Below, piece by piece: positions 1 to 9,536 of a stretch of 33,299 nucleotides of DNA (position 1 is its first letter; every line of letters begins with the position of its first letter). Under the pieces are notes generated by a model. That model was not told the origin of the DNA, ran no database searches, and saw only the letters and a program-made list of their open reading frames with translations. The translations under genes and the position numbers were made by a program. The DNA is from Methylomonas sp. GTDB taxonomy: Bacteria; Pseudomonadota; Gammaproteobacteria; Methylococcales; Methylomonadaceae. The DNA lies in the NCBI GenBank assembly GCA_028688235.1, contig JAQTYP010000001.1:1-33299 (forward strand), read 5' to 3'.

Positions 1-2
1 CC

Positions 3-566
3 GATATCGTTACCGCATTCATCGAAATCGTGCCTTCCGATACCGTCAAATACGAGGTCGATAAGGCCTCCGGTTATCTGAAAATCGATAGGCCGCAAAA
101 ATTCTCCAGCATGATTCCGACGTTGTACGGCTTTATTCCGCAAACCTATTGCGCGGAGAGGACTGCGGAATATGCCGAGGTCATGTCAGGCAGGACCGTT
201 AGCAGGGGCGACGGCGATCCATTGGATATTTGCGTGTTGAGCGAACGTAGCGTAACCCACGGCGATATCTTGGTGCAGGCCATTCCTATCGGCGGATTTC
301 GCCTGCTGGACGGCGGCGAAGCCGACGACAAGATCATCGCGGTCATGAAAGGCGACGAATTTTACCGGCAATGGCGGGACGTATCCGATTGCCCGGAGTC
401 CTATATCAACCGGCTGAAACATTATTTTCTGACCTATAAACACCTGCCGCACGAGAAAAGCATCTGCGAGATCACGCACGTGTATGGTCGCGAAGAGGCG
501 CATGAAGTCATCAAGCGTGCCATTGCCGACTACCGCTATCATTTTTGTTGTCAGGACGTCGAATAA
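3..566 (+). CDS. ppa: Inorganic pyrophosphatase (family I), 5'-truncated by the window edge
   Basis: Frame is open from base 3 (DIVTAFIEIVP...). Motifs KYEVDK, YGFIPQT, DGDPLD and DGGEADDKIIAV. Stop TAA at 564-566. Confidence 0.95.
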   Translation, partial: DIVTAFIEIVPSDTVKYEVDKASGYLKIDRPQKFSSMIPTLYGFIPQTYCAERTAEYAEVMSGRTVSRGDGDPLDICVLSERSVTHGDILVQAIPIGGFRLLDGGEADDKIIAVMKGDEFYRQWRDVSDCPESYINRLKHYFLTYKHLPHEKSICEITHVYGREEAHEVIKRAIADYRYHFCCQDVE

Positions 567-584
567 GGTAGCGGTTAAGAGTAC

Positions 585-729
585 GGCTTCTCGTTTAAAA
601 CGGGACGCAGAGGGAGGCTTAACCGTTCGCCCTGAGCTTGTCGAAGGGTGAACGGTTAAGCCATTCATGGTTCGACAAGCTCACCACGAACGGCTTAACC
701 TCTGACTGTCCCGGCTTAAGTTGGTAGCC
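585..729. mobile_element. Non-autonomous MITE-like element, copy 1 (145 bp) with 8-bp target-site duplication
   Basis: AAGAGTAC at both 577-584 and 730-737. Imperfect terminal inverted repeats GGCTtctcgtTTAAaaCGGGAC / GGCTaccaacTTAAgcCGGGAC. Near-identical inverted copy at 9036-9181. Confidence 0.9.
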
Positions 730-828
730 AAGAGTACGATGGCGCGGGCGGTGGCTTTGCCGAAGGACCGGTAATCGAGATACTACCCCCTGCAGTCGTC
801 AGCCTAACTCGCTACAGTCGAACTCATG

Positions 829-870
829 GTGGGAACGACACCCCCGTAACGACGAGGGTGTCGCTCCCAC
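829..870. repeat. Hairpin with GTGGGAACGA-type REP-like arms; possible terminator between convergent genes
   Basis: GTGGGAACGACACCC...GGGTGTCGCTCCCAC, a 15-bp stem with one mismatch, just past the stop of the minus-strand gene at 886. Confidence 0.65.
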
Positions 871-885
871 GCAAGATCAGGATAA

Positions 886-1737
886 TCAGGCGGCCTGGCG
901 GGTTTGCACCAGTTCCAGCAAGTCCTGGCAATCGGCTTCAATCAGCTCGAAGCCCATGCGTTCGGAAAAGCGTTTTTCCTTGTCGGTGGGGTTTTTGCGT
1001 AAAAACCATCCTCGGTGTTCTTTTGCACCGTAAGTGATGTCGCTCATGACCATGCGCTCGGAATCCCGGTTGAGCGGCAAGCCTAGCAGCAGATATTTTT
1101 TACCCTTGCGGTATTCCTTTAAAAAGTTAGGAATCGCGAATCCGCCCATCAACTCGGTGATGTAATCGACATAGTCGGCATCCGATGCGATGTAGTTCGA
1201 TCCGGGTTTGGGTGTGCCCATCGGTTTGAACAATATCGGCAGGCGGGTATCGACTTGATCCTGCTCGATTTCGAAATAATTCTGACCGTCGAATTGGTAA
1301 ATCTTGAAACGGTATTGATTGCCGACGACGCGGGCCAGACCGACGACCAGCGTGTGTTCTTCGTCGGCGTAACTGTCTTGCAACTGGGTGTCGCGGTTGA
1401 TGTCGATGACGTAGTTGGGCTTCCATTCGGCCAGCCAGTCGTGAATCGCGGCCCTGGTCCATTGGGCTTCACCGTAGGTTTTATCCAGAAAGTGCTGGAT
1501 AAAGGTTCTGCCTCTTTTTAATTCCAGATTCATCGCCGCGCGCGGGAATTCATACATCAGCTTGGGTGCCATGGGCTTGCCGCCGTTCATGGCCAATATC
1601 AGGCTGTTGCTGTCAGCCGGCATGGGTGTGCCGTTGAGTTTGCTGACCGAGTCGAACAATACGCCCGGCCCGAGGTAGGGTACGACCTCGTTGTCGTAAA
1701 GGCCGCTTAGAATCTCTGAAAAAACTGAATTAGACAT
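886..1737 (-). CDS. nif-associated SIR2-like (SIR2_2-type) protein
   Basis: Start placed at ATG 1737 behind an AGGAG RBS (1744-1748). Degenerate sirtuin-like motifs: VVPYLGPGV, VIDINRD, LFKPMGT, YLLLGLPL. Confidence 0.75.
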   Translation of the reverse strand: MSNSVFSEILSGLYDNEVVPYLGPGVLFDSVSKLNGTPMPADSNSLILAMNGGKPMAPKLMYEFPRAAMNLELKRGRTFIQHFLDKTYGEAQWTRAAIHDWLAEWKPNYVIDINRDTQLQDSYADEEHTLVVGLARVVGNQYRFKIYQFDGQNYFEIEQDQVDTRLPILFKPMGTPKPGSNYIASDADYVDYITELMGGFAIPNFLKEYRKGKKYLLLGLPLNRDSERMVMSDITYGAKEHRGWFLRKNPTDKEKRFSERMGFELIEADCQDLLELVQTRQAA

Positions 1738-1776
1738 AACTGACTCCTGATGGATTGAATGGTTATTCCAAGTTAC

Positions 1777-1792
1777 TGCAATATTCAATCCA
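1777..1792 (-). promoter_or_regulatory. sigma54 (-24/-12) promoter for the SIR2-like gene
   Basis: Minus strand TGG-attgaata-TTGCA with correct GG-N10-GC spacing. Followed by GTAACT, exactly as in the nifH promoter. Confidence 0.7.
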
Positions 1793-1891
1793 ATTTTTGG
1801 TTTTGGACATTAATCCGGCGTGACCCCAGTGAGCCCGGCAACAAGGCGAACAAAGCCCTTACAGATAGCGATGTTTCAAGCCTATGCGGTT

Positions 1892-1907
1892 TGTAGGGTT
1901 TATCACA
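1892..1907. promoter_or_regulatory. NifA-type upstream activator sequence
   Basis: TGT-agggtttatc-ACA (TGT-N10-ACA), 100 bp upstream of the leftward sigma54 site. Confidence 0.7.
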
Positions 1908-2041
1908 AGGCGGAATTTCGGCTGTCGAACTATCGCCAAAGGAGTTTGGGCGTCGTTCACTATCATTATATGCGCGGCATAAAAAGCGCCTGGCCTTCAG
2001 CGGGCGGGCAGGATGCGGTAGGGGAATAACCCTAATTTTTA

Positions 2042-2057
2042 TGTCCGCTAGTCCACA
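2042..2057. promoter_or_regulatory. NifA upstream activator sequence for nifH
   Basis: TGT-ccgctagtcc-ACA (TGT-N10-ACA), about 95 bp upstream of the nifH -24 element. Confidence 0.8.
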
Positions 2058-2123
2058 TCGGAAAACAAATTGTTTGTTATGCAACCAACGAAATTGCGGG
2101 GTAACTAAAAAATAATCATTATA

Positions 2124-2136
2124 AATCAGTATCTTA
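2124..2136 (+). promoter_or_regulatory. IHF binding site
   Basis: AATCAGtatcTTA matches WATCAR-N4-TTR. It lies in an AT-rich tract between the UAS and the sigma54 promoter. Confidence 0.65.
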
Positions 2137-2152
2137 ATTATAAACTCCGTTT

Positions 2153-2168
2153 TGGCACAAGCCTTGCA
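2153..2168 (+). promoter_or_regulatory. sigma54 promoter of nifHDK
   Basis: Perfect TGGCAC-aagcc-TTGCA. Confidence 0.93.
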
Positions 2169-2187
2169 GTAACTAGGATGTTATTAA

Positions 2188-3093
<906 letters not shown>

Positions 3094-3098
3094 TCGTT

Positions 3099-3117
3099 AG
3101 GGTGGTGTATCCACCCT
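3099..3117. other. Small stem-loop directly after the nifH stop
   Basis: AGGGTGG-tgtat-CCACCCT. Confidence 0.55.
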
Positions 3118-3132
3118 GCCTTAAAGCCAACG

Positions 3133-3166
3133 TGTTGGGTTACGGCTAGCGCCTAACCCAACCTAC
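3133..3166 (-). repeat. GTAG-type REP element (single copy) in the nifH-nifD spacer
   Basis: Minus strand GTAGGTTGGGTTAGGCGCTAGCCGTAACCCAACA, 33/34 identical to 32649-32682. Confidence 0.85.
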
Positions 3167-3221
3167 ATGTTCTTAAATGGGTTTGTTGGGGGATTACCCG
3201 CGCCCACAGGAGGATTTCATC

Positions 3222-4700
3222 ATGGCAGCCATGACAAGAGAAGAGACCGAAGCGCTTATTCAAGAAGTGCTGGAAGTCTATCCCGAAAAAGCTAAAAAAG
3301 ATCGCGCCAAGCACTTGGCGGTCAATGATCAAAGCCTGGAAAAGGCCAACAAATGTATCACGTCTAACCGTAAATCCCTGCCTGGCGTCATGACCATACG
3401 CGGTTGTGCTTACGCGGGTTCCAAAGGGGTGGTTTGGGGTCCTATCAAGGACATGATCCATATTTCTCACGGTCCTGTCGGTTGCGGACAATATTCCCGC
3501 GCCGGTCGCCGTAACTATTATGTCGGTACCACGGGTGTCAATACCTTCGGTACCATGAACTTCACTTCGGACTTTACCGAAAAAGATATCGTTTTCGGCG
3601 GCGATAAAAAGCTGGCGAAGTGCATAGACGAAATCGAAACCTTGTTCCCGTTGAACAAGGGTATTTCGATTCAATCCGAGTGCCCAATCGGTCTGATCGG
3701 CGACGATATCGAAGCGGTATCCAAAGTCAAAGCCAAGGAACACGAAAAAACTATCGTTCCTGTGCGTTGCGAAGGCTTCCGCGGTGTGTCTCAATCTCTG
3801 GGGCACCATATCGCCAACGACGCGATTCGCGACTGGGTGTTGGATAAACGCGACGGCGACGATAGCTGGCAAACTACTCCTTACGACGTAGCCGTGATCG
3901 GCGACTACAACATCGGCGGCGATGCTTGGGCTTCACGTACGTTGCTGGAAGAAATGGGGCTGCGCGTGGTTGCGCAATGGTCGGGCGACGGTACCATCGC
4001 CGAGATCGAAAAAACGCCAAAAGTGAAGCTGAACCTGATTCACTGCTACCGTTCGATGAACTATATCGCGCGCCATATGGAAGAAAAATATTCCATCCCC
4101 TGGATAGAGTACAACTTCTTCGGCCCGACCAAAATCGCGGAAAGCCTGCGTAGAATCGCCGAGCACTTCGACGATACCATCAAAGAAGGTGCGGAACGCG
4201 TTATCGCCCGTTACAAAGCCGAATACGATGCAGTCATCGCCAAATACAAACCACGCTTGGAAGGCAAAAAAGTCATGCTGTACATTGGCGGTTTGCGTCC
4301 TCGCCACGTCATCGGCGCCTATGAAGACTTGGGCATGGAAGTCGTTGGTACGGGTTATGAGTTCGCTCATAACGACGATTACGACCGCACGATCAAGGAA
4401 ATGGGTAACGCCACGTTGTTGTACGACGACGTAACCGGTTACGAATTCGAAGAGTTCGTCAAAAAGGTTCAACCTGATTTGGTTGGCTCCGGCATCAAGG
4501 AAAAATACATTTTCCAGAAAATGGGTGTCCCATTCCGTCAAATGCACTCATGGGATTATTCGGGCCCGTACCACGGTTACGACGGTTTTGCCATTTTCGC
4601 CCGCGATATGGACATGACCATCAATAACCCTTGCTGGAAAAGCTTCCAAGCGCCTTGGAAAAAAACAGCCGCCAGCGAGCCGGTTAAAGCGGTCGCGTAA
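3222..4700 (+). CDS. nifD: Nitrogenase MoFe protein alpha chain
   Basis: Start ATG 3222 after AGGAGG. P-cluster Cys motifs (RGCAYAG, GPVGCG, SECP). FeMo-co ligands in LIHCYRS and QMHSWDY. Confidence 0.99.
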   Translation: MAAMTREETEALIQEVLEVYPEKAKKDRAKHLAVNDQSLEKANKCITSNRKSLPGVMTIRGCAYAGSKGVVWGPIKDMIHISHGPVGCGQYSRAGRRNYYVGTTGVNTFGTMNFTSDFTEKDIVFGGDKKLAKCIDEIETLFPLNKGISIQSECPIGLIGDDIEAVSKVKAKEHEKTIVPVRCEGFRGVSQSLGHHIANDAIRDWVLDKRDGDDSWQTTPYDVAVIGDYNIGGDAWASRTLLEEMGLRVVAQWSGDGTIAEIEKTPKVKLNLIHCYRSMNYIARHMEEKYSIPWIEYNFFGPTKIAESLRRIAEHFDDTIKEGAERVIARYKAEYDAVIAKYKPRLEGKKVMLYIGGLRPRHVIGAYEDLGMEVVGTGYEFAHNDDYDRTIKEMGNATLLYDDVTGYEFEEFVKKVQPDLVGSGIKEKYIFQKMGVPFRQMHSWDYSGPYHGYDGFAIFARDMDMTINNPCWKSFQAPWKKTAASEPVKAVA

Positions 4701-4707
4701 GGCAGTC

Positions 4708-4810
4708 ATTGTTCCTACGCTCCGGCGTGGGAACACAGCTCCGGACGCTCCGCGTCCAGCACCGCAAGAGCGGCGAAAGATTCGTTCCCACGCCAGAGCG
4801 TGGGAACGAT
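4708..4810. repeat. Inverted REP doublet (GTTCCCACGC...GCGTGGGAAC family) between nifD and nifK
   Basis: Two palindromic units, 4708-4735 and 4782-4810, in inverted orientation, with an internal GGACGC-tcc-GCGTCC hairpin. Confidence 0.85.
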
Positions 4811-4868
4811 AACGAACCCAATCCAATCAACGCCGGACCACAGATTAGTGGCGCGTTAGGAGATTATC

Positions 4869-6440
4869 ATGAGCCAACAAGTCGACAAGATTCAACCCAG
4901 CTATCCTTTGTTCCGTACCGACGAGTACAAGGATAACCTGGCAAACAAACGTGCTCTGTACGAAGAGCGTCACGATCAAGACAAGATTGACGAAGTGTTC
5001 CAATGGACCACGACGGAAGAGTACAAAGAAATCAACTTCAACCGCGAAGCGATTACCGTCAATCCGGCCAAAGCTTGCCAACCATTGGGCGCGGTATTGT
5101 GCGCATTGGGCTTCGAAAAAACCATGCCCTATGTTCACGGCTCACAAGGTTGCGTCGCCTATTTCAGATCGTATTTCAACCGTCATTTCAAAGAACCTGT
5201 ATCCTGCGTGTCGGATTCCATGACCGAAGATGCGGCGGTTTTCGGCGGTCAGAAAAACATGTTCGCCGGCCTGGAAAATGCCAAGGCCTTGTACAAACCC
5301 GACATGATCGCGGTATCCACGACCTGTATGGCCGAGGTTATCGGTGACGACTTGAACGCGTTCATCAATAACGCCAAGAAAGAAGGTCATATCGATCAAG
5401 ATTATCCTGTACCGTTCGCGCACACCCCCAGCTTCGTCGGTAGCCATACCACGGGTTGGGACAACATGTTCGAAGGCATTGCCCGTTACTTCACGCTGAA
5501 CTTCATGGAAGGCAAGGAAGTCGGTTCCAACGGCAAAATCAACTTCGTTCCGGGCTTCGAAACCTATTTGGGCAACTTCCGAGTCATTCATAGGATGATG
5601 AAGGAAATGGGCGTCGATTACTGCTTGATCAGCGATCCGACTGAAACGCTGGATACGCCGGCCGACGGTAAGTTCCGCATGTATGCAGGCGGCACGACGA
5701 TGGATGAAGTCAAAGACGCGCCGAATGCGATCGACACTATCCTGCTGCAACCCTGGCAATTGGAAAAAACCAAAAAATACGTGCAAACCACCTGGAATCA
5801 CGATGTTCCCAAGCTGAACATCCCTATGGGTCTGGAGTGGACCGACGAACTATTGATGAAAGTTTCCGAGCTGACCGGCAAACCCATCCCGGCTTCGTTG
5901 GAATTAGAGCGCGGTCGTTTGGTCGATATGATGACCGACTCTCATGCCTGGCTGCACGGTAAAAAATTCGCGCTGTACGGCGATGCGGATTTTGCACTGG
6001 GCATGACCAAATTCCTGCTGGAAATGGGGGCTGAAGTCACCGATGTATTGGTCAACCACGCCAACAAACGCTTCAAAAAAGCCTGCGAAGAAGTCTTGAA
6101 GGCGTCTCCCTACGGCCAAAATGCCACCGTGCATATCGGTAAAGACTTGTGGCATTTCCGTTCACTGATGTTTACCAACAAACCGGACTTCATGATCGGC
6201 AATTCCTACGGCAAATTCATCCAACGTGATACGCTATACAAAGGCGATGATGCCGAAGTGCCGTTGATCCGCATCGGTTTTCCGATTTTCGACCGCCACC
6301 ACTTGCACCGTATGACCACTTTGGGTTACGAAGGCGCGATGTACATGCTGACCACTCTGGTCAATGCGGTACTCGAACAGTTGGACAAAGAAACCCGCGG
6401 TATGGGTACGACCGACTATAACTACGACTTGATTCGTTAA
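4869..6440 (+). CDS. nifK: Nitrogenase MoFe protein beta chain
   Basis: NPAKACQPLG, HGSQGCVAY, STTCMAEVIGDD, TPSFVGSH, C-terminal YDLIR. Confidence 0.99.
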   Translation: MSQQVDKIQPSYPLFRTDEYKDNLANKRALYEERHDQDKIDEVFQWTTTEEYKEINFNREAITVNPAKACQPLGAVLCALGFEKTMPYVHGSQGCVAYFRSYFNRHFKEPVSCVSDSMTEDAAVFGGQKNMFAGLENAKALYKPDMIAVSTTCMAEVIGDDLNAFINNAKKEGHIDQDYPVPFAHTPSFVGSHTTGWDNMFEGIARYFTLNFMEGKEVGSNGKINFVPGFETYLGNFRVIHRMMKEMGVDYCLISDPTETLDTPADGKFRMYAGGTTMDEVKDAPNAIDTILLQPWQLEKTKKYVQTTWNHDVPKLNIPMGLEWTDELLMKVSELTGKPIPASLELERGRLVDMMTDSHAWLHGKKFALYGDADFALGMTKFLLEMGAEVTDVLVNHANKRFKKACEEVLKASPYGQNATVHIGKDLWHFRSLMFTNKPDFMIGNSYGKFIQRDTLYKGDDAEVPLIRIGFPIFDRHHLHRMTTLGYEGAMYMLTTLVNAVLEQLDKETRGMGTTDYNYDLIR

Positions 6441-6453
6441 TCAGTCATCAACC

Positions 6454-6486
6454 AGATAGGGTGGGCCATTGCCCACCCTATCTTTT
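6454..6486 (+). terminator. Intrinsic terminator/attenuator after nifK
   Basis: 13-bp perfect stem AGATAGGGTGGGC-catt-GCCCACCCTATCT followed by TTT. Confidence 0.7.
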
Positions 6487-6501
6487 GCTTTGGAGAATCC
6501 C

Positions 6502-6714
6502 ATGCCCAGCGTCATGCTCAGAAAACGCGAAGACGGCAAGCTGCTGTTTTACGTAGCCAAGAAAGACTTGGAAGAAACTATCGAATCGCTAGAATTTGAC
6601 AGTCCCGATAAATGGGGTGGTGAAGTCGTATTGGGTGACGGTTCTAAATATTATTTCGAACCGATGGATACTCCCCCCAATATTCCGATTACTTTGCAAG
6701 CCAAACGTTTATAA
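6502..6714 (+). CDS. nifT: NifT/FixU family protein
   Basis: Start ATG 6502 after GGAG. MPSVMLR...YVAKKDLEE...KWGG signature. Lies directly after nifK. Confidence 0.92.
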   Translation: MPSVMLRKREDGKLLFYVAKKDLEETIESLEFDSPDKWGGEVVLGDGSKYYFEPMDTPPNIPITLQAKRL

Positions 6715-6724
6715 GGAGGCCGTC

Positions 6725-6925
6725 ATGGCTCTATATATAGTCGCTGAAGAATGTATTTCCTGCGGTGATTGTAAGCCCGTATGCCCGACTGATTCCATCA
6801 AGGAAGGCGCGGTCGTGTTCGAGATCAGCAAAAAAACCTGCACCGAGTGCAACGGCGATTACGACGAACCGCAGTGCGTCAAGGTTTGTCCTATAGACAA
6901 CTGCATTTTGCCGCTGGTGGCTTAA
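6725..6925 (+). CDS. 2[4Fe-4S] ferredoxin (FdxN-like)
   Basis: Start ATG 6725 after AAGGAGG. CISCGDCKPVCP and CTEC-x8-CVKVCP. Confidence 0.93.
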   Translation: MALYIVAEECISCGDCKPVCPTDSIKEGAVVFEISKKTCTECNGDYDEPQCVKVCPIDNCILPLVA

Positions 6926-7002
6926 ACAGTTCGAGGTGGGCTTACGGCCCGCCCTAGCTTGGCTATTAACCGACTTTTCCGATACCCATAGGAATTGACA
7001 TC

Positions 7003-7269
7003 ATGATCAGTTCAGAACAATTGCAACGCGTGGCCGCCGCGATCCGGTCCGGAACGTTGAGTGAGTCGCTGGTAGCTACGTTGAGAAGCGAAAATCCCGG
7101 CATACATTTCACTTATTGCATGGATGACGACCTTCCCAATCATGAACCCGTGCTGGAAGATGCCGGATTTAATTTATATCTGGTGGATGGGCGGGAACAT
7201 TGTTTGCGTTTGACCAGTAACTACGAACATGCCACAGGAATCGTGATCGCTGAAGTGCTGGATGACTAG
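7003..7269 (+). CDS. Small nif-associated conserved hypothetical protein (DUF6129-like)
   Basis: HFTYCMDDD...FNLYLVDGREHCL...ATGIVIAE. Position upstream of lrv as in other proteobacterial nif clusters (recalled, not searched). Confidence 0.7.
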   Translation: MISSEQLQRVAAAIRSGTLSESLVATLRSENPGIHFTYCMDDDLPNHEPVLEDAGFNLYLVDGREHCLRLTSNYEHATGIVIAEVLDD

Positions 7270-7278
7270 GTGTCAACG

Positions 7279-8043
7279 ATGGCCGAGTCTACCGATACCG
7301 TCTCCCTACCCGTTGCCGATTGCAGCTTGTGCCCGTTCCGCAATAAAACCTTGTTGATGGGGCGTTGCATGCCGGGCGATACCTGCGTGTTCGTCGAAAG
7401 CGGACGCCAGATCGATCGGTTTTTCCGGGTCAACCCGGCTTATGCGGTCAATTACTTGCAGGATAAATTCTGGGAACGGCGGGCAATCGCGGTGCGCTAT
7501 GCCCCGCAAAAAGCCTTGCAAAGCCTGATAAACGACGAAGACGAAGTGGTCAGACGAGCGGTGGCTTACCGTTTGCCGGCTCAGCAGCTCAGGCCGTGGA
7601 TAGCCGATCCTGACCGTGAAGTGCGCATGACGGTGGCCGACCGCATCGATCCGGAACATCTGGAACTATTGGCCGACGATCCCGATTACATCGTGCGCCT
7701 GACGGTGGCGAAAAGGCTGGCGCCTGGACGGCTGTTCCGTTTCATCAAAGACGAAGACGTACAGGTGCGAAAAATCGTGGCGGCCAGACTGCCGGAAGTC
7801 AGCCTGGGCTTGATGTGCGACGATCCCAACGCCGATGTCAGGCGCATCGTCGCCGAACGTTTGCCAGCTACCGACGTGGCGCCGCTGTTACAAGACGATG
7901 ATTGGGTCGTCCGTTATACGGTGGCATTGAAAGTCGATCCCAAATTCCTGCTAGTATTAGCCGACGATCCCGAACCGGATGTACGCGAAGTCGTGCAACG
8001 CCGTCTTCATTCTACTAACGCCTTGGACTCCGAACATGACTGA
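7279..8043 (+). CDS. lrv: 4Fe-4S-binding leucine-rich repeat variant (LRV/HEAT-like) protein
   Basis: N-terminal C-x2-C-x11-C-x5-C, then 24-aa repeats of the LxxDxDxxVRxxVAxRL type. Alternative GTG start at 7270. Confidence 0.9.
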   Translation: MAESTDTVSLPVADCSLCPFRNKTLLMGRCMPGDTCVFVESGRQIDRFFRVNPAYAVNYLQDKFWERRAIAVRYAPQKALQSLINDEDEVVRRAVAYRLPAQQLRPWIADPDREVRMTVADRIDPEHLELLADDPDYIVRLTVAKRLAPGRLFRFIKDEDVQVRKIVAARLPEVSLGLMCDDPNADVRRIVAERLPATDVAPLLQDDDWVVRYTVALKVDPKFLLVLADDPEPDVREVVQRRLHSTNALDSEHD

Positions 8044-8998
8044 ATCCCGTTTAGTATTAGCCGGACAAGACATCAGCGAGTGCTGTAAGAAAATCATACC
8101 TGGCCAAACCGACGAATTATTGCTGGATAAGCTACAAGAACTGGTGCCAGCTTACCCTGTGCAATTGGCCATGACCGGCGACGAATGGTATCGCCTGGGC
8201 GGCGTGGTGGACATGGGGGCAAAGCGCATCGCCAACGACTTGGTCGAATGGGTGGAAAGAACTTATCTGGAATGCGGCCAGAATTTACAGACCCTGATCG
8301 AGCATGCGATAGAGCAGAAATTGATTGCGACCAAAGTGACCGGCAAAACCCTGTACTTCGTCGTGCAGACGGGCGATAGGGCCGAGGATTTTACGCTGAT
8401 CGAGATCGACAAGTCTCAGGAAGTCTCCGATCGCATGTTGGTCGATGAGCGTAAGCCACCCGAGGATTTGGAAGAGTTCATCGACCCCTTGCACCCTTTC
8501 TGCATAGAAAGTTTCGGTTTCGGTCATTCTCGATATCTGTATCGACGTAAGACCGATGTCAAATTGTTCATGGAAGTCATCAACGAGCGTCATCCGACCG
8601 AACATCCGGCGCAGCGTTTCATGGACGACTGGAACCGCAGCAGTGCCGGCCAAAAACACAGGATGTCCGACGATTGGATCATACGCCCATATCAGCATAC
8701 CGGCCGGTTCGGCGAACAAATCGTCAATGTCGAGATCGTCAACACTCATCAAAACCATTTACCGCATCTGGAAAACCTGGCGGGTAAAAAGGGGAGTGCG
8801 CTGAGCAGCGTGTTGAATCGCTTCGATCGCCAGGCCGGTTATCCTTTCGCCTGGTTTTTTTACATGGTCAAGGGCAAGGCGGTTTCGACGCATAGCGCCG
8901 ATTCGGTTTACCGCGACATATCGGGCGATTTTGCCTATTTGCCGCAACGCGACGAAGCCGTGCTGCGGGACTGGATAGCCAGTCCGTATAACGTTTGA
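8036..8998 (+). CDS. Conserved hypothetical protein, last gene of the nif unit
   Basis: ATG 8036 overlaps the end of lrv (translational coupling). 320 aa, no recognisable family. Confidence 0.8.
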   Translation: MTESRLVLAGQDISECCKKIIPGQTDELLLDKLQELVPAYPVQLAMTGDEWYRLGGVVDMGAKRIANDLVEWVERTYLECGQNLQTLIEHAIEQKLIATKVTGKTLYFVVQTGDRAEDFTLIEIDKSQEVSDRMLVDERKPPEDLEEFIDPLHPFCIESFGFGHSRYLYRRKTDVKLFMEVINERHPTEHPAQRFMDDWNRSSAGQKHRMSDDWIIRPYQHTGRFGEQIVNVEIVNTHQNHLPHLENLAGKKGSALSSVLNRFDRQAGYPFAWFFYMVKGKAVSTHSADSVYRDISGDFAYLPQRDEAVLRDWIASPYNV

Positions 8999-9035
8999 TC
9001 TTGTGCGCTGATCGGATTGGGCAATAACAACCTGC

Positions 9036-9181
9036 GGCTACCAACTTAAGCCGGGACAGTCAGAGGTTAAGCCGTTCGTGGTGAGCAAAGTCGAACCATG
9101 AATGGCTTAACCGCTCACCCTTCGACAAGCTCAGGACGAACGGTTAAGCCTCCCTCTTTGTCCCGTTTTAAACGAGAAGCC
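9036..9181. mobile_element. MITE-like element, copy 2 (146 bp), inverted relative to copy 1, with its own 8-bp TSD
   Basis: CAACCTGC at both 9028-9035 and 9182-9189. About 7 differences from the reverse complement of 585-729. Confidence 0.9.
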
Positions 9182-9210
9182 CAACCTGCGACTTCGGAAG
9201 CTATGCGGGG

Positions 9211-9462
9211 CTAGAAATTCATTTCGGTAAATCGGGCATGCGGCGTCAGGACTTGCAGTTTTTTTAAGCGCATCAGTTCTATCCTGTGTTGTTGGCCGTC
9301 GTCTATGATCAGATACTCGCGTTTGTCGCTGTCCGTCAGCGTACCGACGGCCTTGCCTTCCATGATTTGCTGGTCCTCTAGCGTCAACCTGACCCTATAG
9401 CCGAACATGCAGGCGATTTCGATGTAATCGTGCTGGTCGCACGTGAGCGTACATTTTTCCAT
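9211..9462 (-). CDS. rof: Rho-binding antiterminator (Rof/YaeO family)
   Basis: CDQHDYIEIAC...L.LTL...GKA...KREYL signature, 83 aa. Confidence 0.88.
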   Translation of the reverse strand: MEKCTLTCDQHDYIEIACMFGYRVRLTLEDQQIMEGKAVGTLTDSDKREYLIIDDGQQHRIELMRLKKLQVLTPHARFTEMNF

Positions 9463-9536
9463 GGTAGATTCCTGTCTTTAATCCTGAAACTGCATTAGTC
9501 CACGAAACGATGTTTCCAGGTTCGCGACCGTTAGCG

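Noticed and set aside
585-729. CRISPR array or ncRNA gene
   Set aside because: No regularly spaced direct repeats with unique spacers and no cas genes. TIRs and TSDs explain the element.
886-1737. SIR2 anti-phage defence system (Thoeris/DSR)
   Set aside because: No partner defence genes, apparent loss of the catalytic His, and a NifA/sigma54-type promoter point to a nif role.
3177-3221. N-terminal extensions given by the ORF track (nifD, nifT, ferredoxin, 8036 gene, SIR2-like, 19724 and 21504 starts)
   Set aside because: Downstream ATGs have better RBS or coupling context and match expected N-termini.
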